Assembly: GCA_947177695.1 (NCBI GenBank)
Contig: CAMWVO010000001.1
Location: forward strand, 1-29,694
DNA: 29,694 nucleotides
Origin: an uncultured Clostridia bacterium
GTDB taxonomy: Bacteria; Bacillota; Clostridia; Oscillospirales; Ruminococcaceae
Direction of reading: 5' to 3'
Shown here: positions 1 through 10,041 of the stretch, piece by piece
Position numbering within the stretch: position 1 is the stretch's first letter
Layout: each line of letters starts with the position of its first letter
The notes under the pieces: model-generated
Databases searched by the model: none
What the model saw: only the letters and a program-made list of their open reading frames with translations
Told to the model about the DNA's origin: nothing
Translations under genes and position numbers: made by a program

Positions 1-2
1 TT

Positions 3-101
3 TTAGAGGGTCTTGGCACGGTCATTCTCAGCTACTACAGAAAGCCAAACAATCCCCTTACCACGGACGTTCAGCTGTTCACTCCCCAGGATATCAGATA
101 G
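3..101 (+). CDS. 3' end of an upstream gene (partial, product unknown)
   Basis: Frame from nt 3 reads LEGLGTVILSYYRKPNNPLTTDVQLFTPQDIR* with host-like codons (TAC, AAC, GAC, TTC). An alternative open frame 2..190 cannot be excluded. Confidence 0.35.
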   Translation, partial: LEGLGTVILSYYRKPNNPLTTDVQLFTPQDIR

Positions 102-213
102 CGGGACATTTTTCCATCGGTCGGGACGAGGACGCCCGCGGCGCAGAACCCAAAAGTGAAGCCGCGGTACAGAGTGCGGAAAGTCAGTGACCCTATACGC
201 GAAAGGAGTACAT

Positions 214-1368
214 ATGGCAAAGTTCAGATACGATAAAAAAAAGAAAAGACCTCTTGTAAAAAGAATACTGATACTAATTATTGCGGTGGCTATTTTTCTG
301 TGTATAATTATAAGGGCAATCCCAACAAGAGCGGAGTGCTACACCTAAAACCTTACGGTGCAGTCCTTTGAGACGGGAAAGCTTTCGGACGCTATCAGCA
401 AAGCCGCAGACGGAACGGACTACAATTTCATAAAGAATATCGCGGTGCTGTCCGGTACGCTAAACGAGGCGGACTACAGCGCGCTTACAGCTATCCCCAA
501 TCTGGAGATAATCGAGCTTGCGGGTACGGAGACCGAGGGCGGGATAATTCCCGAAAACGCTCTGCCCTCCCGCAATCAGCTTACGGTGCTGACCCTGCCG
601 AAAAATACTGTGGAGATCGGCAAAAACGCTTTTTCGGGAAACAGAAAGCTTGTCAAGGTCTTGATGCCGGCAACCGTTACAAAAATTGACGACTACGCCT
701 TTGCCGCCTGTGAGGCGCTGGAGGAAGTCCCCGTGTCGGCGGCTGTGACCTATATCGGTGAGGGCGCGTTTCAGGACTGCAAGGCTATAACCGAATTTGT
801 TATCCCCGCAGGGATATCGGAGCTGTACCCCAACACCTTCAGCAAATGCGGCTTTGAGAGCATTTCGATAGGTCCCGACGTGAAAAAGATAGGCGGCAGC
901 GTTTTTGCCGACTGCAATAATCTTAAAGATATCTACGCTTACGGCGAGGAGGCTCCCGCTCTGGACAGCGACGTTTTCCGCAACGTGAGCGCGGCGGTGC
1001 ACTGCTATGAGGATTCCGCCGAAAGCTACGAAAGCTGGAAGCAGAACAACATCACCATTTCAGCCGACCTTACGGGGGAGTACTCCCTCAAGGCGGAGGT
1101 ATCCGCAGAGAACAGCGAGACATATGAAACGGCTGCCGCAGAAACAGAAAAAACCGAGAATGACGAACCTCAGGCGGAAGCTTCCGAAGAGGAGGCTGTT
1201 CCCGCTCAGGGGCAAGCCGATACGCAGCCGGTACAGTCTCAGTCCGCACAAACTGCGCAGTCGGGCGGTCTCAGCGTGGGCGTTGTGATAGTTATTGTGA
1301 TAATGGCTATGATCATTGCGGTTCTTGCGACTGTTCTGGTCATGATGAAAAAAGGCGGTAAAAGCTGA
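214..1368 (+). pseudogene. BspA-type leucine-rich-repeat surface protein with signal peptide and C-terminal TM anchor, interrupted by in-frame TAA at 346-348
   Basis: SD GAAAGGAG then ATG 214 encodes MAKFRYDKKKKRPLVKRILILIIAVAIFLCIIIRAIPTRAECYT*, in frame with ORF 358..1368. That ORF has about 5 repeats of the type LTLPKNTVEIGKNAFSGN / VLMPATVTKIDDYAFAAC, an E/A/Q-rich stalk, and a TM segment followed by KKGGKS. GTG 358 has no SD. Confidence 0.75.
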
Positions 1369-3662
1369 TGGAGGACGCGGCGGGAAAAATTCTCCGCATA
1401 CTGAAAAAGCATGGCGAGATTTTCCTTTTATGGCTGCTGTGCATTGTTTCGGTCTCGGCGTCGCTGTATATCTATACGGAAAACGTCATAGATGTTTATA
1501 CCTTAGTCGGCGCTGCCGCGGCTGCGGTACTGATAAAATTTTATGACTTCCTGCGCAGCAAAAAGCTTGGGGGACTTATATACTTCGGCACGCTGATCAT
1601 TTTGGGCATAGCCGTTCCGTCTGTGTTTATCGGCGGATCGTGGGAGGACAGATTTGCGTTTGTAAGATGGTTTTTTTCCGGCGCGCAGGCAGAGGAGACC
1701 CGCGTCGGCTTTATGCTTACCCTTATGCCGATGATGACCTTTTTTCTTGTGTCGGCGTACTATTATTTTACAAGGATAATCTACCGTTCCTCGATGCTTG
1801 CGCTGGTATCACTGATACCATTTGCGCTGGCTGTAAAGGCGGCGGCTGTTCTGCCGTTTGCGTATGCGGCGTCCATATCGTCGGCAAATCTGATCTTCTT
1901 TATTATCGACGGACGCAAAAGGCTGCTTAAAGGATCGTCCGAAAAAAGTCAGACAGGCTCGGCGGCGACTGTCTATACGGATTTTGCCATTGCGGCTGTA
2001 CTGCTTGCTCTGATCGCTCCCAAGCCCTCGGAGACCCCCTATTATGAAAAATTCGAGGCTGCGGTAAGTATGTTCAGCTTCGGCGGCACCGGCGAGAACG
2101 AGTATCAGGGCGAGTACAAGCAGGCTTCGGGACGCATCGACGAGCTTTTAAGAGGCGAGAGCGTACTGCTGTATATTATCAGCTCGCCTGAGACAGCATA
2201 TATGAAAACACAGGTTTTCAACGACTACGACAGCGAAACGGGACTTTGGACAAATCCCGACGATACCGTATACGGCAGCAAATCGTGGCAGGAGGACGCG
2301 CAGCTTCTAAGCTTTGAAAAGCTTTCCTCGGCTGTAAAGCTGGCGGACGAAATGATAAGGGAAGAGGCTGAGGAATACGGCTACCTTGATGAAGAGGATA
2401 TGCTGTTCAGCGAGTACCCTTGGGCGGAGCGTCTTACGGAGCTTGCGGACTATCAGAGCTACAGCATTGTTTACGCCCAGAACTTTCCCGCGGTGTATGT
2501 TCCCGCTCCGCTGAGAACCACCGAGGTCAGCATAGCCGACAGCAGAGTCTCATGGATCGCCCGTTCCGACGCGGGTGAGATCTTCACAAATTTGCCGCTG
2601 CTTGCTCCTAACGCGAACTATACGGTAAGGTACTACAGCGAAAAAGGTATGAGCGGCATTATAGACAGCGGTCTGTGCGATATAAGCACGGAGGAATGGG
2701 ACGACTTCCTTTGGGACGCTATGTGGTATATAGACGGCGATTCAGAGGAATATTCCGTTCTGAGCAAATTAAGAAAGGAAAGCGCTCTTGCGGAACAGTA
2801 CCGCGAGGACTATGCAACGGAGGTATCGGCGGAAATACAGGCTCTTGCCGACGAGCTTACGGAGGGACTGGAGTACGACCGCCAAAAGGCAAAGGCTATC
2901 GAAAATTATTTTACGGGCGGCGGCTTCCGGTACGATCTTAACTTCGAGCCGCCCGAGGGAATGGATACTCCCGAATATTTCCTGTTTGAAAGCAAGACGG
3001 GAATATGCTCCGATTATGCGAGGGCTTATGTTCTGCTTGCAAGAGCGGCAGGTCTTACGGTAAGATACGCGGAGGGATTTGTTCCGCAGATGTCAGGCGA
3101 AACGGAGGGAACCTATTTCATTTACAGCGATAACGCTCACGCCTACCCTGAGGTCTATATCCCTGTCGTGGGCTGGACAAGGTTTGAGCCTACTCCCGCA
3201 GGCTATATAGGTTCGGGAGGAAACGGCGGCTCCGAGGACGAGGACAGCGACTATACGGCGCTTATCCTTACGGCGGCAGTTTTTGTGGCAGGCTTCGGAA
3301 TATTTATTGTTCTTGTACTGTTCTTTCCAAAAATAGCGGAGGGCGTGTTCAGGCTCAGAGCGAAGCGTGCAGGCAGCGGAAAAGGCGTTATCATGCTGTA
3401 CAACAGGCATCTTAAAAATGCGGAAAACCTGTTCGGCGAAAGCTTCAGAGCGTTTACTCCGGAGCAGATGGAGCGTTTGGCAAACGAAACTACGGGAGAA
3501 AGCCTTGACCCGCTGACAGATCCGTTCACCGCGGTCTGCTACGGAGGCGGAGATATAGACAGGGACGCATTTGAAAAAGCGTTCGAGTGCTACAAGGCTC
3601 AGGCAAAGGCAATGAAAAAAGCGAGGAAAAACAGAAAACGGCAAAGCACAGAAAAAAATTAA
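1368..3662 (+). CDS. TgpA-like membrane protein with transglutaminase-like (Transglut_core) domain
   Basis: Multiple N-terminal TM helices; GICSDYARAYVLLARAAGLTVRYAEGF...AHAYPEVYIPVVGWTRFEPTP (Cys, His, acidic residue); C-terminal TM plus DUF4129-like tail; TGATG overlap with the LRR stop. Confidence 0.88.
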   Translation: MEDAAGKILRILKKHGEIFLLWLLCIVSVSASLYIYTENVIDVYTLVGAAAAAVLIKFYDFLRSKKLGGLIYFGTLIILGIAVPSVFIGGSWEDRFAFVRWFFSGAQAEETRVGFMLTLMPMMTFFLVSAYYYFTRIIYRSSMLALVSLIPFALAVKAAAVLPFAYAASISSANLIFFIIDGRKRLLKGSSEKSQTGSAATVYTDFAIAAVLLALIAPKPSETPYYEKFEAAVSMFSFGGTGENEYQGEYKQASGRIDELLRGESVLLYIISSPETAYMKTQVFNDYDSETGLWTNPDDTVYGSKSWQEDAQLLSFEKLSSAVKLADEMIREEAEEYGYLDEEDMLFSEYPWAERLTELADYQSYSIVYAQNFPAVYVPAPLRTTEVSIADSRVSWIARSDAGEIFTNLPLLAPNANYTVRYYSEKGMSGIIDSGLCDISTEEWDDFLWDAMWYIDGDSEEYSVLSKLRKESALAEQYREDYATEVSAEIQALADELTEGLEYDRQKAKAIENYFTGGGFRYDLNFEPPEGMDTPEYFLFESKTGICSDYARAYVLLARAAGLTVRYAEGFVPQMSGETEGTYFIYSDNAHAYPEVYIPVVGWTRFEPTPAGYIGSGGNGGSEDEDSDYTALILTAAVFVAGFGIFIVLVLFFPKIAEGVFRLRAKRAGSGKGVIMLYNRHLKNAENLFGESFRAFTPEQMERLANETTGESLDPLTDPFTAVCYGGGDIDRDAFEKAFECYKAQAKAMKKARKNRKRQSTEKN

Positions 3663-3676
3663 ACGGAGGTCTGACA

Positions 3677-4429
3677 ATGACTGCATTGATAACAGGAGCA
3701 AGCTCCGGAATAGGCAGAGACATTGCACGAAAGCTGGGCAAAATGGGTATACGGCTCATAATTTCGGGAAGAGACAAGGAGCGGCTGGAGGCTCTCAGAC
3801 AGGAGATCGGCGCAAGACAGGTAAAGGTCATTGCCGCTGATATTTCCCACCGCGGGGAATGTCTGAGGCTCTATAGGGAGGCGTCCGCTTACGGAGTGGC
3901 TATCCTTGTGAACAACGCGGGCTTCGGACTTTACGGAAAATTCAGTGTCACCGAGCTTGAGCGGGAGCTTGACATGATAGACGTCAATATCGGAGCGGTA
4001 CACATTCTTACCAAGCTTTTCCTGCGGGACTTTTCCGCGCGGGACAAGGGCTATATCCTTAACGTAGCTTCGATAGCGGGATTTATGCCCGGACCGCTTA
4101 TGGCTACCTATTATGCGTCAAAGAACTATGTGATAAGGCTTACAGAGGCGATACATGAGGAGCTTCGCTTCCAGCACAGCAAGGTTTATATAGGGGCGTT
4201 CTGTCCCGGACCTGTGGATACCCGGTTCAACGATACGGCGGGAGTAAAATTTGCGCTCAGGGGGATTTCAAGCGAGTATGCGGCGGAATGCGCTGTCAAG
4301 GGTATGTTTGCCCGCAAAATGCTGATAACGCCTACGCTGTCCGTCAAGGCGGCAATAATCGCTTCAAGATTTCTTCCCGACGCTGCCGTTGCGTTTGCGG
4401 CGCGTCTTGTACAGTCGCAAAAGGGATAA
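3677..4429 (+). CDS. Short-chain dehydrogenase/reductase (classical SDR)
   Basis: TGASSGIG, NNAG and YYASK motifs. SD GGAGG before ATG 3677, so the ORF-track start at 3587 is too long. Confidence 0.93.
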   Translation: MTALITGASSGIGRDIARKLGKMGIRLIISGRDKERLEALRQEIGARQVKVIAADISHRGECLRLYREASAYGVAILVNNAGFGLYGKFSVTELERELDMIDVNIGAVHILTKLFLRDFSARDKGYILNVASIAGFMPGPLMATYYASKNYVIRLTEAIHEELRFQHSKVYIGAFCPGPVDTRFNDTAGVKFALRGISSEYAAECAVKGMFARKMLITPTLSVKAAIIASRFLPDAAVAFAARLVQSQKG

Positions 4430-4522
4430 AAGGCTGAGCCTTTACCCTTGCCGCCGTCTGTAGAAAAGGCTGTATGATTTTGCTTCCGAGACAGAAATTT
4501 GGCTTTGGCAAAAAGCTTGTAC

Positions 4523-4566
4523 AAAAGCGTCCTTTCCGAAACGGTTTCGGAAAGGACGCTTTTTGT
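4523..4566. terminator. Bidirectional intrinsic terminator between the SDR and the lipoprotein array
   Basis: Perfect 19-bp inverted repeat AAAAGCGTCCTTTCCGAAA-cgg-TTTCGGAAAGGACGCTTTT with A/T tails, directly after the stop at 4567. Confidence 0.9.
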
Positions 4567-5772
4567 TTAGCTGTAATTGATTATAAAGGTAAGTATGCGG
4601 TACTGTCCGTAGTAGTCAGTCCAGCTGAGACCGATATTTTCCTTGCACTCGGCGTTCACGCGCTCTATTACCGGAGTAAAAAGCTCCTCATTGTCCAAGT
4701 CCGCTAAAGAGGTCAGGTAAAGGTCGGTAGTGGAAAATTTCACCATTGCGCTGGTCTTGCGGTTTTTTACCGCGTCCATAATGGCGTTTTCCGCAGCGAT
4801 AAGAAGCTCTCCGTCCTTGGTGACGTCCGCGCCCTCGCGCACGAAATAGTTTTCCTCCGTGCCGTAAGCCTTCGGCGGCTCAACAGGGTAATCGACGATG
4901 GTGTGATTGTTTTTTATCACGGAGTCGGTAACCATAAAGTACTGATACAGAATAACGTCGGGATATTTCTTGTGCAGCTCGTCGTCGGGCTTGTCCCATG
5001 TTACGTCAACGTGATACCAGTTGCCGTTGAGCTTTACCATGTTCCACATATGGGGGACGTTGGTTTTTCCTGTAACGATCACGTTTTCGATGCCCGCAAG
5101 GTTGCACAGATAGGAGAACGCCTTTGTGTAGCCCTCGCACAGTGCTTTTTTACGCACAAGCGCGCCGTAAACGGTGTCCGAATATTCGTCCTCGGGATCA
5201 GTCGCGCAGTTAAGAACAAGGTAGTCGTGAAAAAATTTCAGCTTTTCGTAATCGTCCATGCTGGGCGTGAGCTGAGCTATAATGTCCTTTGCGGCTCTTT
5301 CCGAGGCGATGTTCATGCTGCTTATCTCATCGGCTGTAAGGCGGTAGGTGAAGATCACATCGAAGCCTTGCTTTGCGGCGGAATATTCTCCCAGCTTCCA
5401 GGTAGAATTATTGTTGAACGAAAGCTGTTCTATCCGTATCATTTCAAGTATTTTTCCGTACACCGCGGAATCCGTGGGAAGGGTGACGGTTTCTTTAAGC
5501 CGTCCGAGATTTTTCACGGTATCGTAGTATATCTCGCGTTCGCTGTCGGTAAGCGAATAGGTTCTGTAGTAATCCGTCTCCATTCCGTCTGGAATATAAA
5601 AATCAGCGTAGCTGTTTTTGGTGTTGTCGGGAGGAACGACAATTCCCGAGTCGAGGAGTGATCCTCCCGAATAAACATGGTATTCAACATTTTGTCGGTC
5701 GTTCCGATCCGAGCAGCCTGCCATAAAAACGCAAAGCATAAGCGCGGCTGCCGAATATTTGATTTTACGCAA
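4567..5772 (-). CDS. Transglutaminase-like/papain-fold lipoprotein, paralog 5
   Basis: TTG start with GGGAGG SD; lipobox MAGC; ALCEGYTKAFSYLC...HMWNMVKLNGNWYHVDVTWD (Cys-His-Asp). Confidence 0.88.
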   Translation of the reverse strand: MRKIKYSAAALMLCVFMAGCSDRNDRQNVEYHVYSGGSLLDSGIVVPPDNTKNSYADFYIPDGMETDYYRTYSLTDSEREIYYDTVKNLGRLKETVTLPTDSAVYGKILEMIRIEQLSFNNNSTWKLGEYSAAKQGFDVIFTYRLTADEISSMNIASERAAKDIIAQLTPSMDDYEKLKFFHDYLVLNCATDPEDEYSDTVYGALVRKKALCEGYTKAFSYLCNLAGIENVIVTGKTNVPHMWNMVKLNGNWYHVDVTWDKPDDELHKKYPDVILYQYFMVTDSVIKNNHTIVDYPVEPPKAYGTEENYFVREGADVTKDGELLIAAENAIMDAVKNRKTSAMVKFSTTDLYLTSLADLDNEELFTPVIERVNAECKENIGLSWTDYYGQYRILTFIINYS

Positions 5773-5887
5773 ATGCTATGCCTCCCGGTCGATCGGCGGA
5801 CGGCAGTTTGGTGTCATCTGTCATATCCGTCCGCTGACTGTAAGTATTGACAAGCGTCATCTACGCTGTAGATCAGCTATGCTGAAA

Positions 5888-7468
5888 TCAGTTGTATTCC
5901 GGAAACAGCTTAATGACCAGCGAGGTGCCGTCATAGCTGAAGTTCACAACCGAGGTGTTGAATTTGTTTTTCGCAGACTCGTATGCTTCCTCGTAGATAT
6001 CCAGAGCCTGCTTGCTTGAGCTGTCAAACAGATTAAAGACCGCCTCGTCGTAAACCGTCTTGTCGGAGCATTTTACCTGAACGGGAGACGTCTTATTCCT
6101 TGACGATTCAATCAGTCCGTCGCGGAGCAGTATGCGTGCTTCCGCCCAGCTTTCGGCAACGAGATTGTTTTTCACGAAATAATTGCAGTCGTCGGAATTT
6201 GCCGCGGGGTACTTGTAGTTCTGGTCGTAGACGGTACGGCTTGCGGTCAGCATTTCGTCCGTTACGCAGAAATAATCGTATCTAATGTAAGGCTCGCTTT
6301 CCGAACCCGACACGGCGTAGGTTATGTCTATATTGTACCATTTTCCGTCGATCTTGACCTTGTTCCACATATGCGGAGTACCGTCCGCATCGCCTGTGAC
6401 GGTGACCGTCTCGATACCCGCCTTGCTGCAAAGGTAGGAGAACGCCTTTGAAAATCCGCCGCAGATAGCTTTTTTATCCACAAATACTCCGTAAATGTCG
6501 CGGCAGTTGCCTGCGTTTTCGTCGTACACAACAGTTGACGCAAGAACATCGTGGAAAAGCTTTACCTTGTCGTATTCGGTCATATCCGAGGTTATCGACG
6601 CAAATATCTTATCCACCTCCGCGTCGATCTCTTTCTGCATTTTGTCGATCGCTGCATCGCCGTATCTGTAGAACATTTTTGAATTGGCAAGCTTTCCCGT
6701 AGAGGAGTTGATGGCGTACTGCATTTTCTTGTCGATAAAGAACATCGACGGTTCGTCGTCGTATATGATCTGGTATACGGCGCAGTAATCCTCGGAGGTA
6801 ACGCCTTTATCGTCAGAAAATACAATAGAGCTGCTGCGGTTTTCCGCCGCGTTTATTATTTCGTCGTAAATATACTTGTACTTTTCGTCAAGGAAACGGT
6901 AGCTGTAGGGTCTGCTCAGGTCGGAAGCCGAGGTATCCGCCGTGCTTGTTTTTTCGTCCAGATAGCCTGTGGTTTCCGTAACGGAGCTTGACGAGGCGGA
7001 GGACGCTGTCGTATCGGCAGGTATGGAAGTCGTCGGGGAAGTCTGCGCGGAATTTGCCGATGAAAGAGCCGCCGCTGATGATGACGCGGCTTCCGCAATA
7101 TTTACAGGAGTAGTGCTTGTAAATTCGGATATGGGAACGTTCGGAACGCCCGAAACGGTTCGCGCGTTCCCGTTGTCGTCATCGTCCGAGCTTTCCTCGG
7201 ACTTTGTAGTGGTGGCAAGCTCGGGACCCGATTCCGAAAATGCTGTGCGCTTTGTGGATTCCGAAGTCTGAAAGGTTATCGGCTCGCTGCTTTCGGAGGT
7301 GTCCTCGGTAAGGTACTGTACCGTAGGGCGGGATTCCTCGGTTGCCGCAATGGGCAGAGTATCGTCCCAGTCTGCGGTGCTGCCGCTGTAGCAGGCTGAC
7401 ATCAGCGAAGCGCAGAGCGCAGCCGCGCCTATTAAAGAAATAAATGCCTTACATTTGGATTCCCGCAT
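5888..7468 (-). CDS. Transglutaminase-like/papain-fold lipoprotein with long S/T-rich linker, paralog 4
   Basis: SD AAGGAG; lipobox MSAC; AICGGFSKAFSYLC...HMWNKVKIDGKWYNIDITY. Confidence 0.88.
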   Translation of the reverse strand: MRESKCKAFISLIGAAALCASLMSACYSGSTADWDDTLPIAATEESRPTVQYLTEDTSESSEPITFQTSESTKRTAFSESGPELATTTKSEESSDDDDNGNARTVSGVPNVPISEFTSTTPVNIAEAASSSAAALSSANSAQTSPTTSIPADTTASSASSSSVTETTGYLDEKTSTADTSASDLSRPYSYRFLDEKYKYIYDEIINAAENRSSSIVFSDDKGVTSEDYCAVYQIIYDDEPSMFFIDKKMQYAINSSTGKLANSKMFYRYGDAAIDKMQKEIDAEVDKIFASITSDMTEYDKVKLFHDVLASTVVYDENAGNCRDIYGVFVDKKAICGGFSKAFSYLCSKAGIETVTVTGDADGTPHMWNKVKIDGKWYNIDITYAVSGSESEPYIRYDYFCVTDEMLTASRTVYDQNYKYPAANSDDCNYFVKNNLVAESWAEARILLRDGLIESSRNKTSPVQVKCSDKTVYDEAVFNLFDSSSKQALDIYEEAYESAKNKFNTSVVNFSYDGTSLVIKLFPEYN

Positions 7469-7495
7469 CGGATGTACACTCCTTCAGTGGTAAAA

Positions 7496-8665
7496 TTATT
7501 CGTTAGGATCGGGATCGGATTCGTATATAAGCGACACATGAACGATATGCATATCGTCGTTGTTGTGTTTATAGGCGGAACGTATGTGGGTCCCGTAATT
7601 TCCGTTTATGTCCTCGATAATGCTTTTAAGCTCTCTGCTGTCGAAAAGTCTCGCCATAGCGGTAAAGTATGCGCTCTCGTCGGAAAACCGTATCTCGGCT
7701 TCTCTTTTTCCCGCAATACCCGCAGTTTTTATTTGTTCCGTCAATGCCTTGACGCCGTCCGCAGCGGAATAGAATATCAGGTTTTTTCCCGCGAAGTAGT
7801 TCAGTTTATCGCTTTCGCAGGGAACAAGACCGGCGCAAAGCTCGTCGGGGAAATGAGTATTCCCCTCGATCTCGCTGTCCTTTACCAAAAGATAGTCATG
7901 GCGGACAAAATCGGGATCGCCGCGTTTTATTGTAGGATCGTCCCATGTGCAGTCCACGTTGTACCAGTTTCCGTCCAGCAGTACTTTGTTCCACGCGTGG
8001 GTTATACCGTCCTTTGTTTTTCCGAAAGCAACATAGCAGGGTATCCGCGCTTTTTCGCAGAGAGCCGACATTGCGGCGGCGTAGCCCTCGCACTGACCCT
8101 CGCCTGTTACGAGAACTCCGTAAGCCGAATGGACGTGCTCCGACGTATCGCTGAAGGAGCAGTTCGTCACTATTTTGTCATGGAAATACACGATCTTATC
8201 GAAATCCGACGCGCCGTCGGGAAGTTCCCCGACTATAGTCGAAGCGGCAAGATCAAGTTCGCCGCGCTTGACCTCCGCGTCCTCACGTTCGTAAAGGTAG
8301 TGGAGCTTCAGCACGGATATCTCGCTGGACGGCGCATAAAACAGATTGCTGAGCCAGAAGTATTTGCGCTCCTGAGAATAGACCAGCTTATAGATCTTAT
8401 GAGCCGTATCCTTTGAGATCGGCGGATCGAAGGATACCGTATCCTTAAAATTTGAAACGGCGGTTTTAATTTTGTCGTAGATCGCCTTTTCTTCTTCTGA
8501 AAGGGACTCGTACACAGGCGAAATAAATTCGCCGTTTGCAGTGTACTCATAGCTGTTATCCGTGCCTGCCGAATTTCCCGCAGGCTCTTCCGAGACTCTC
8601 CGGCAGGAGCCTGTCATCAAAGTCAGAGCCGTGCAGAGAACGGCGGCGGCAATTTGTTTTTTCAT
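7496..8665 (-). CDS. Transglutaminase-like/papain-fold probable lipoprotein, paralog 3
   Basis: Signal peptide ending TGSC (non-canonical lipobox); GQCEGYAAAMSALC...HAWNKVLLDGNWYNVDCTWDDP. Confidence 0.88.
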   Translation of the reverse strand: MKKQIAAAVLCTALTLMTGSCRRVSEEPAGNSAGTDNSYEYTANGEFISPVYESLSEEEKAIYDKIKTAVSNFKDTVSFDPPISKDTAHKIYKLVYSQERKYFWLSNLFYAPSSEISVLKLHYLYEREDAEVKRGELDLAASTIVGELPDGASDFDKIVYFHDKIVTNCSFSDTSEHVHSAYGVLVTGEGQCEGYAAAMSALCEKARIPCYVAFGKTKDGITHAWNKVLLDGNWYNVDCTWDDPTIKRGDPDFVRHDYLLVKDSEIEGNTHFPDELCAGLVPCESDKLNYFAGKNLIFYSAADGVKALTEQIKTAGIAGKREAEIRFSDESAYFTAMARLFDSRELKSIIEDINGNYGTHIRSAYKHNNDDMHIVHVSLIYESDPDPNE

Positions 8666-8679
8666 AAAGTACCGAAATA

Positions 8680-10041
8680 TCAGTTGTAGATAACGTCAAA
8701 TTCGATCAGCAGCAGGTTTTCGTTGCACTCATCGTTGACGCCCTTAACGCCGGAAAAGCCCTTTGCAAGATTATTGTAGTCCATTTTTGCGTTGTAGACC
8801 TTATCGTAGACATCCTTGGAGCTTACAACGATCTGCGCTGTTCTTGTGCCGTCCTTGGAGGCTCTTTCGATCTCGGCTCTGATCGCCTTGTCCGCCGAAT
8901 CGAAATCGCTGTAGACCTTTCCGTTCTTCACGAAATAGTTCTGGTCGTTGTCAACGCAGGCGGGAGGCGTGAAGTATGTAACGTAGCTGCCGTTTGAAAG
9001 CTTCTTCTGACCAACGTGCATATGGGTGAGGTTATGGATGCCTTTGTCGGGTACAAGGAAGAAGTTATAGCGGATATTCTTGTAGTTGGGGGTCTGGAGG
9101 AGCGGGTCGTCCCATGTTGTGTCCAGATTATACCATTTTCCGTTGATATCCACCACGTTCCATGCGTGGGACTGACCGGCGTTTGTTTCACCTGTTACTA
9201 CCATGCTGACGATACCCGCCTTGTCGCAGAGATACTGCATAGCCTTTGCATAGCCCGCGCACTGGATATTTCCCTGAGCCTCTCCGCTTCCGAAAGCGTT
9301 GTAGATCGAAGAATTGTACTCGGTGATCTCGCTTTTGAGCTGGAATGTGGAATTGTACACAAGATAATCATGGAAAACCTGAAGCTTGTCAAAGGTTGTG
9401 GATTTTCCGTTTGCTTCCGTCACAAGCTTGTCGGCAACGGCGTCGATGGACTTCTGCATTTGGTTTATGGTAGCCGCGTCCTTTGTGAGATAGAACAGCT
9501 TGCCCACCTTGATCTTGGAGCTCATATAGAAAAGGCGGGGCTCCTGCATATAGACCATGCCGTATACCTTTGCCCATTCATCAAGGGAATAGGCGTCCTC
9601 CTCGCATATTTTGTAGCGGAGATTCTCGACGCCCGCAACGATATCGTCATAGAGCTTTTTTTCATCGGCTGTAAGAGTTGAATAGCCGTATCTTTCGGTA
9701 TTGGTTCTGGGGATATCCAGCTGCGGAGCGGCAGTTGTAGCCGACATTGCGTTGAGTACGTCTTCGTCGCTCAAGGTATCCGCAGGAGCGGGCTCTGTAG
9801 TGTCAGGTTCGGTAAGAACGTTTCCGCCCACGCCGGTAGCCGCGTTGCCCTCTTCGTCGGTAACAATGACTGCGCCGTCGGGAGCCGTCATGGTCACCGA
9901 ATTTTCGGGTCCGCCTATAACGTTGACCGAAGCGGAGCCCTCGGCGCTGTCGCTTTCGCCGCTGCTGCTGCATCCTGCGGCGATCATTGCAAACGCTGCA
10001 ACAAGCGCAGCTGCAGATAAGATTTTACTGTTTTTTACCAT
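8680..10041 (-). CDS. Transglutaminase-like/papain-fold lipoprotein, paralog 2
   Basis: Start reassigned to ATG 10041 (SD GAAAGGA); lipobox AAGC; IQCAGYAKAMQYLC...HAWNVVDINGKWYNLDTTWDDP. Confidence 0.88.
   Translation of the reverse strand: MVKNSKILSAAALVAAFAMIAAGCSSSGESDSAEGSASVNVIGGPENSVTMTAPDGAVIVTDEEGNAATGVGGNVLTEPDTTEPAPADTLSDEDVLNAMSATTAAPQLDIPRTNTERYGYSTLTADEKKLYDDIVAGVENLRYKICEEDAYSLDEWAKVYGMVYMQEPRLFYMSSKIKVGKLFYLTKDAATINQMQKSIDAVADKLVTEANGKSTTFDKLQVFHDYLVYNSTFQLKSEITEYNSSIYNAFGSGEAQGNIQCAGYAKAMQYLCDKAGIVSMVVTGETNAGQSHAWNVVDINGKWYNLDTTWDDPLLQTPNYKNIRYNFFLVPDKGIHNLTHMHVGQKKLSNGSYVTYFTPPACVDNDQNYFVKNGKVYSDFDSADKAIRAEIERASKDGTRTAQIVVSSKDVYDKVYNAKMDYNNLAKGFSGVKGVNDECNENLLLIEFDVIYN

Noticed and set aside
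136-167. CCGCGGC...GCCGCGG stem upstream of the LRR gene as a riboswitch or terminator
   Set aside because: Only 7 bp, no U-tract, no match to riboswitch motifs I know; may lie in coding frame 2..190.
235-242. A8 tract in the LRR leader as a phase-variation switch explaining the stop
   Set aside because: The leader is already in frame with the downstream ORF; slippage would destroy the signal peptide rather than bypass the TAA.
358-360. GTG start given for the LRR ORF
   Set aside because: No SD and no signal peptide; the in-frame ATG 214 with strong SD and leader explains the gene better.
5847-5883. TTGACA on the + strand as an antisense promoter
   Set aside because: No -10 at 16-18 nt; the nearest TATGCT is 25 nt away.
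6900-7330. S/T-rich low-complexity DNA as a tandem repeat or CRISPR-like array
   Set aside because: No fixed-length repeat unit or spacer structure; it is the coding linker of paralog 4.
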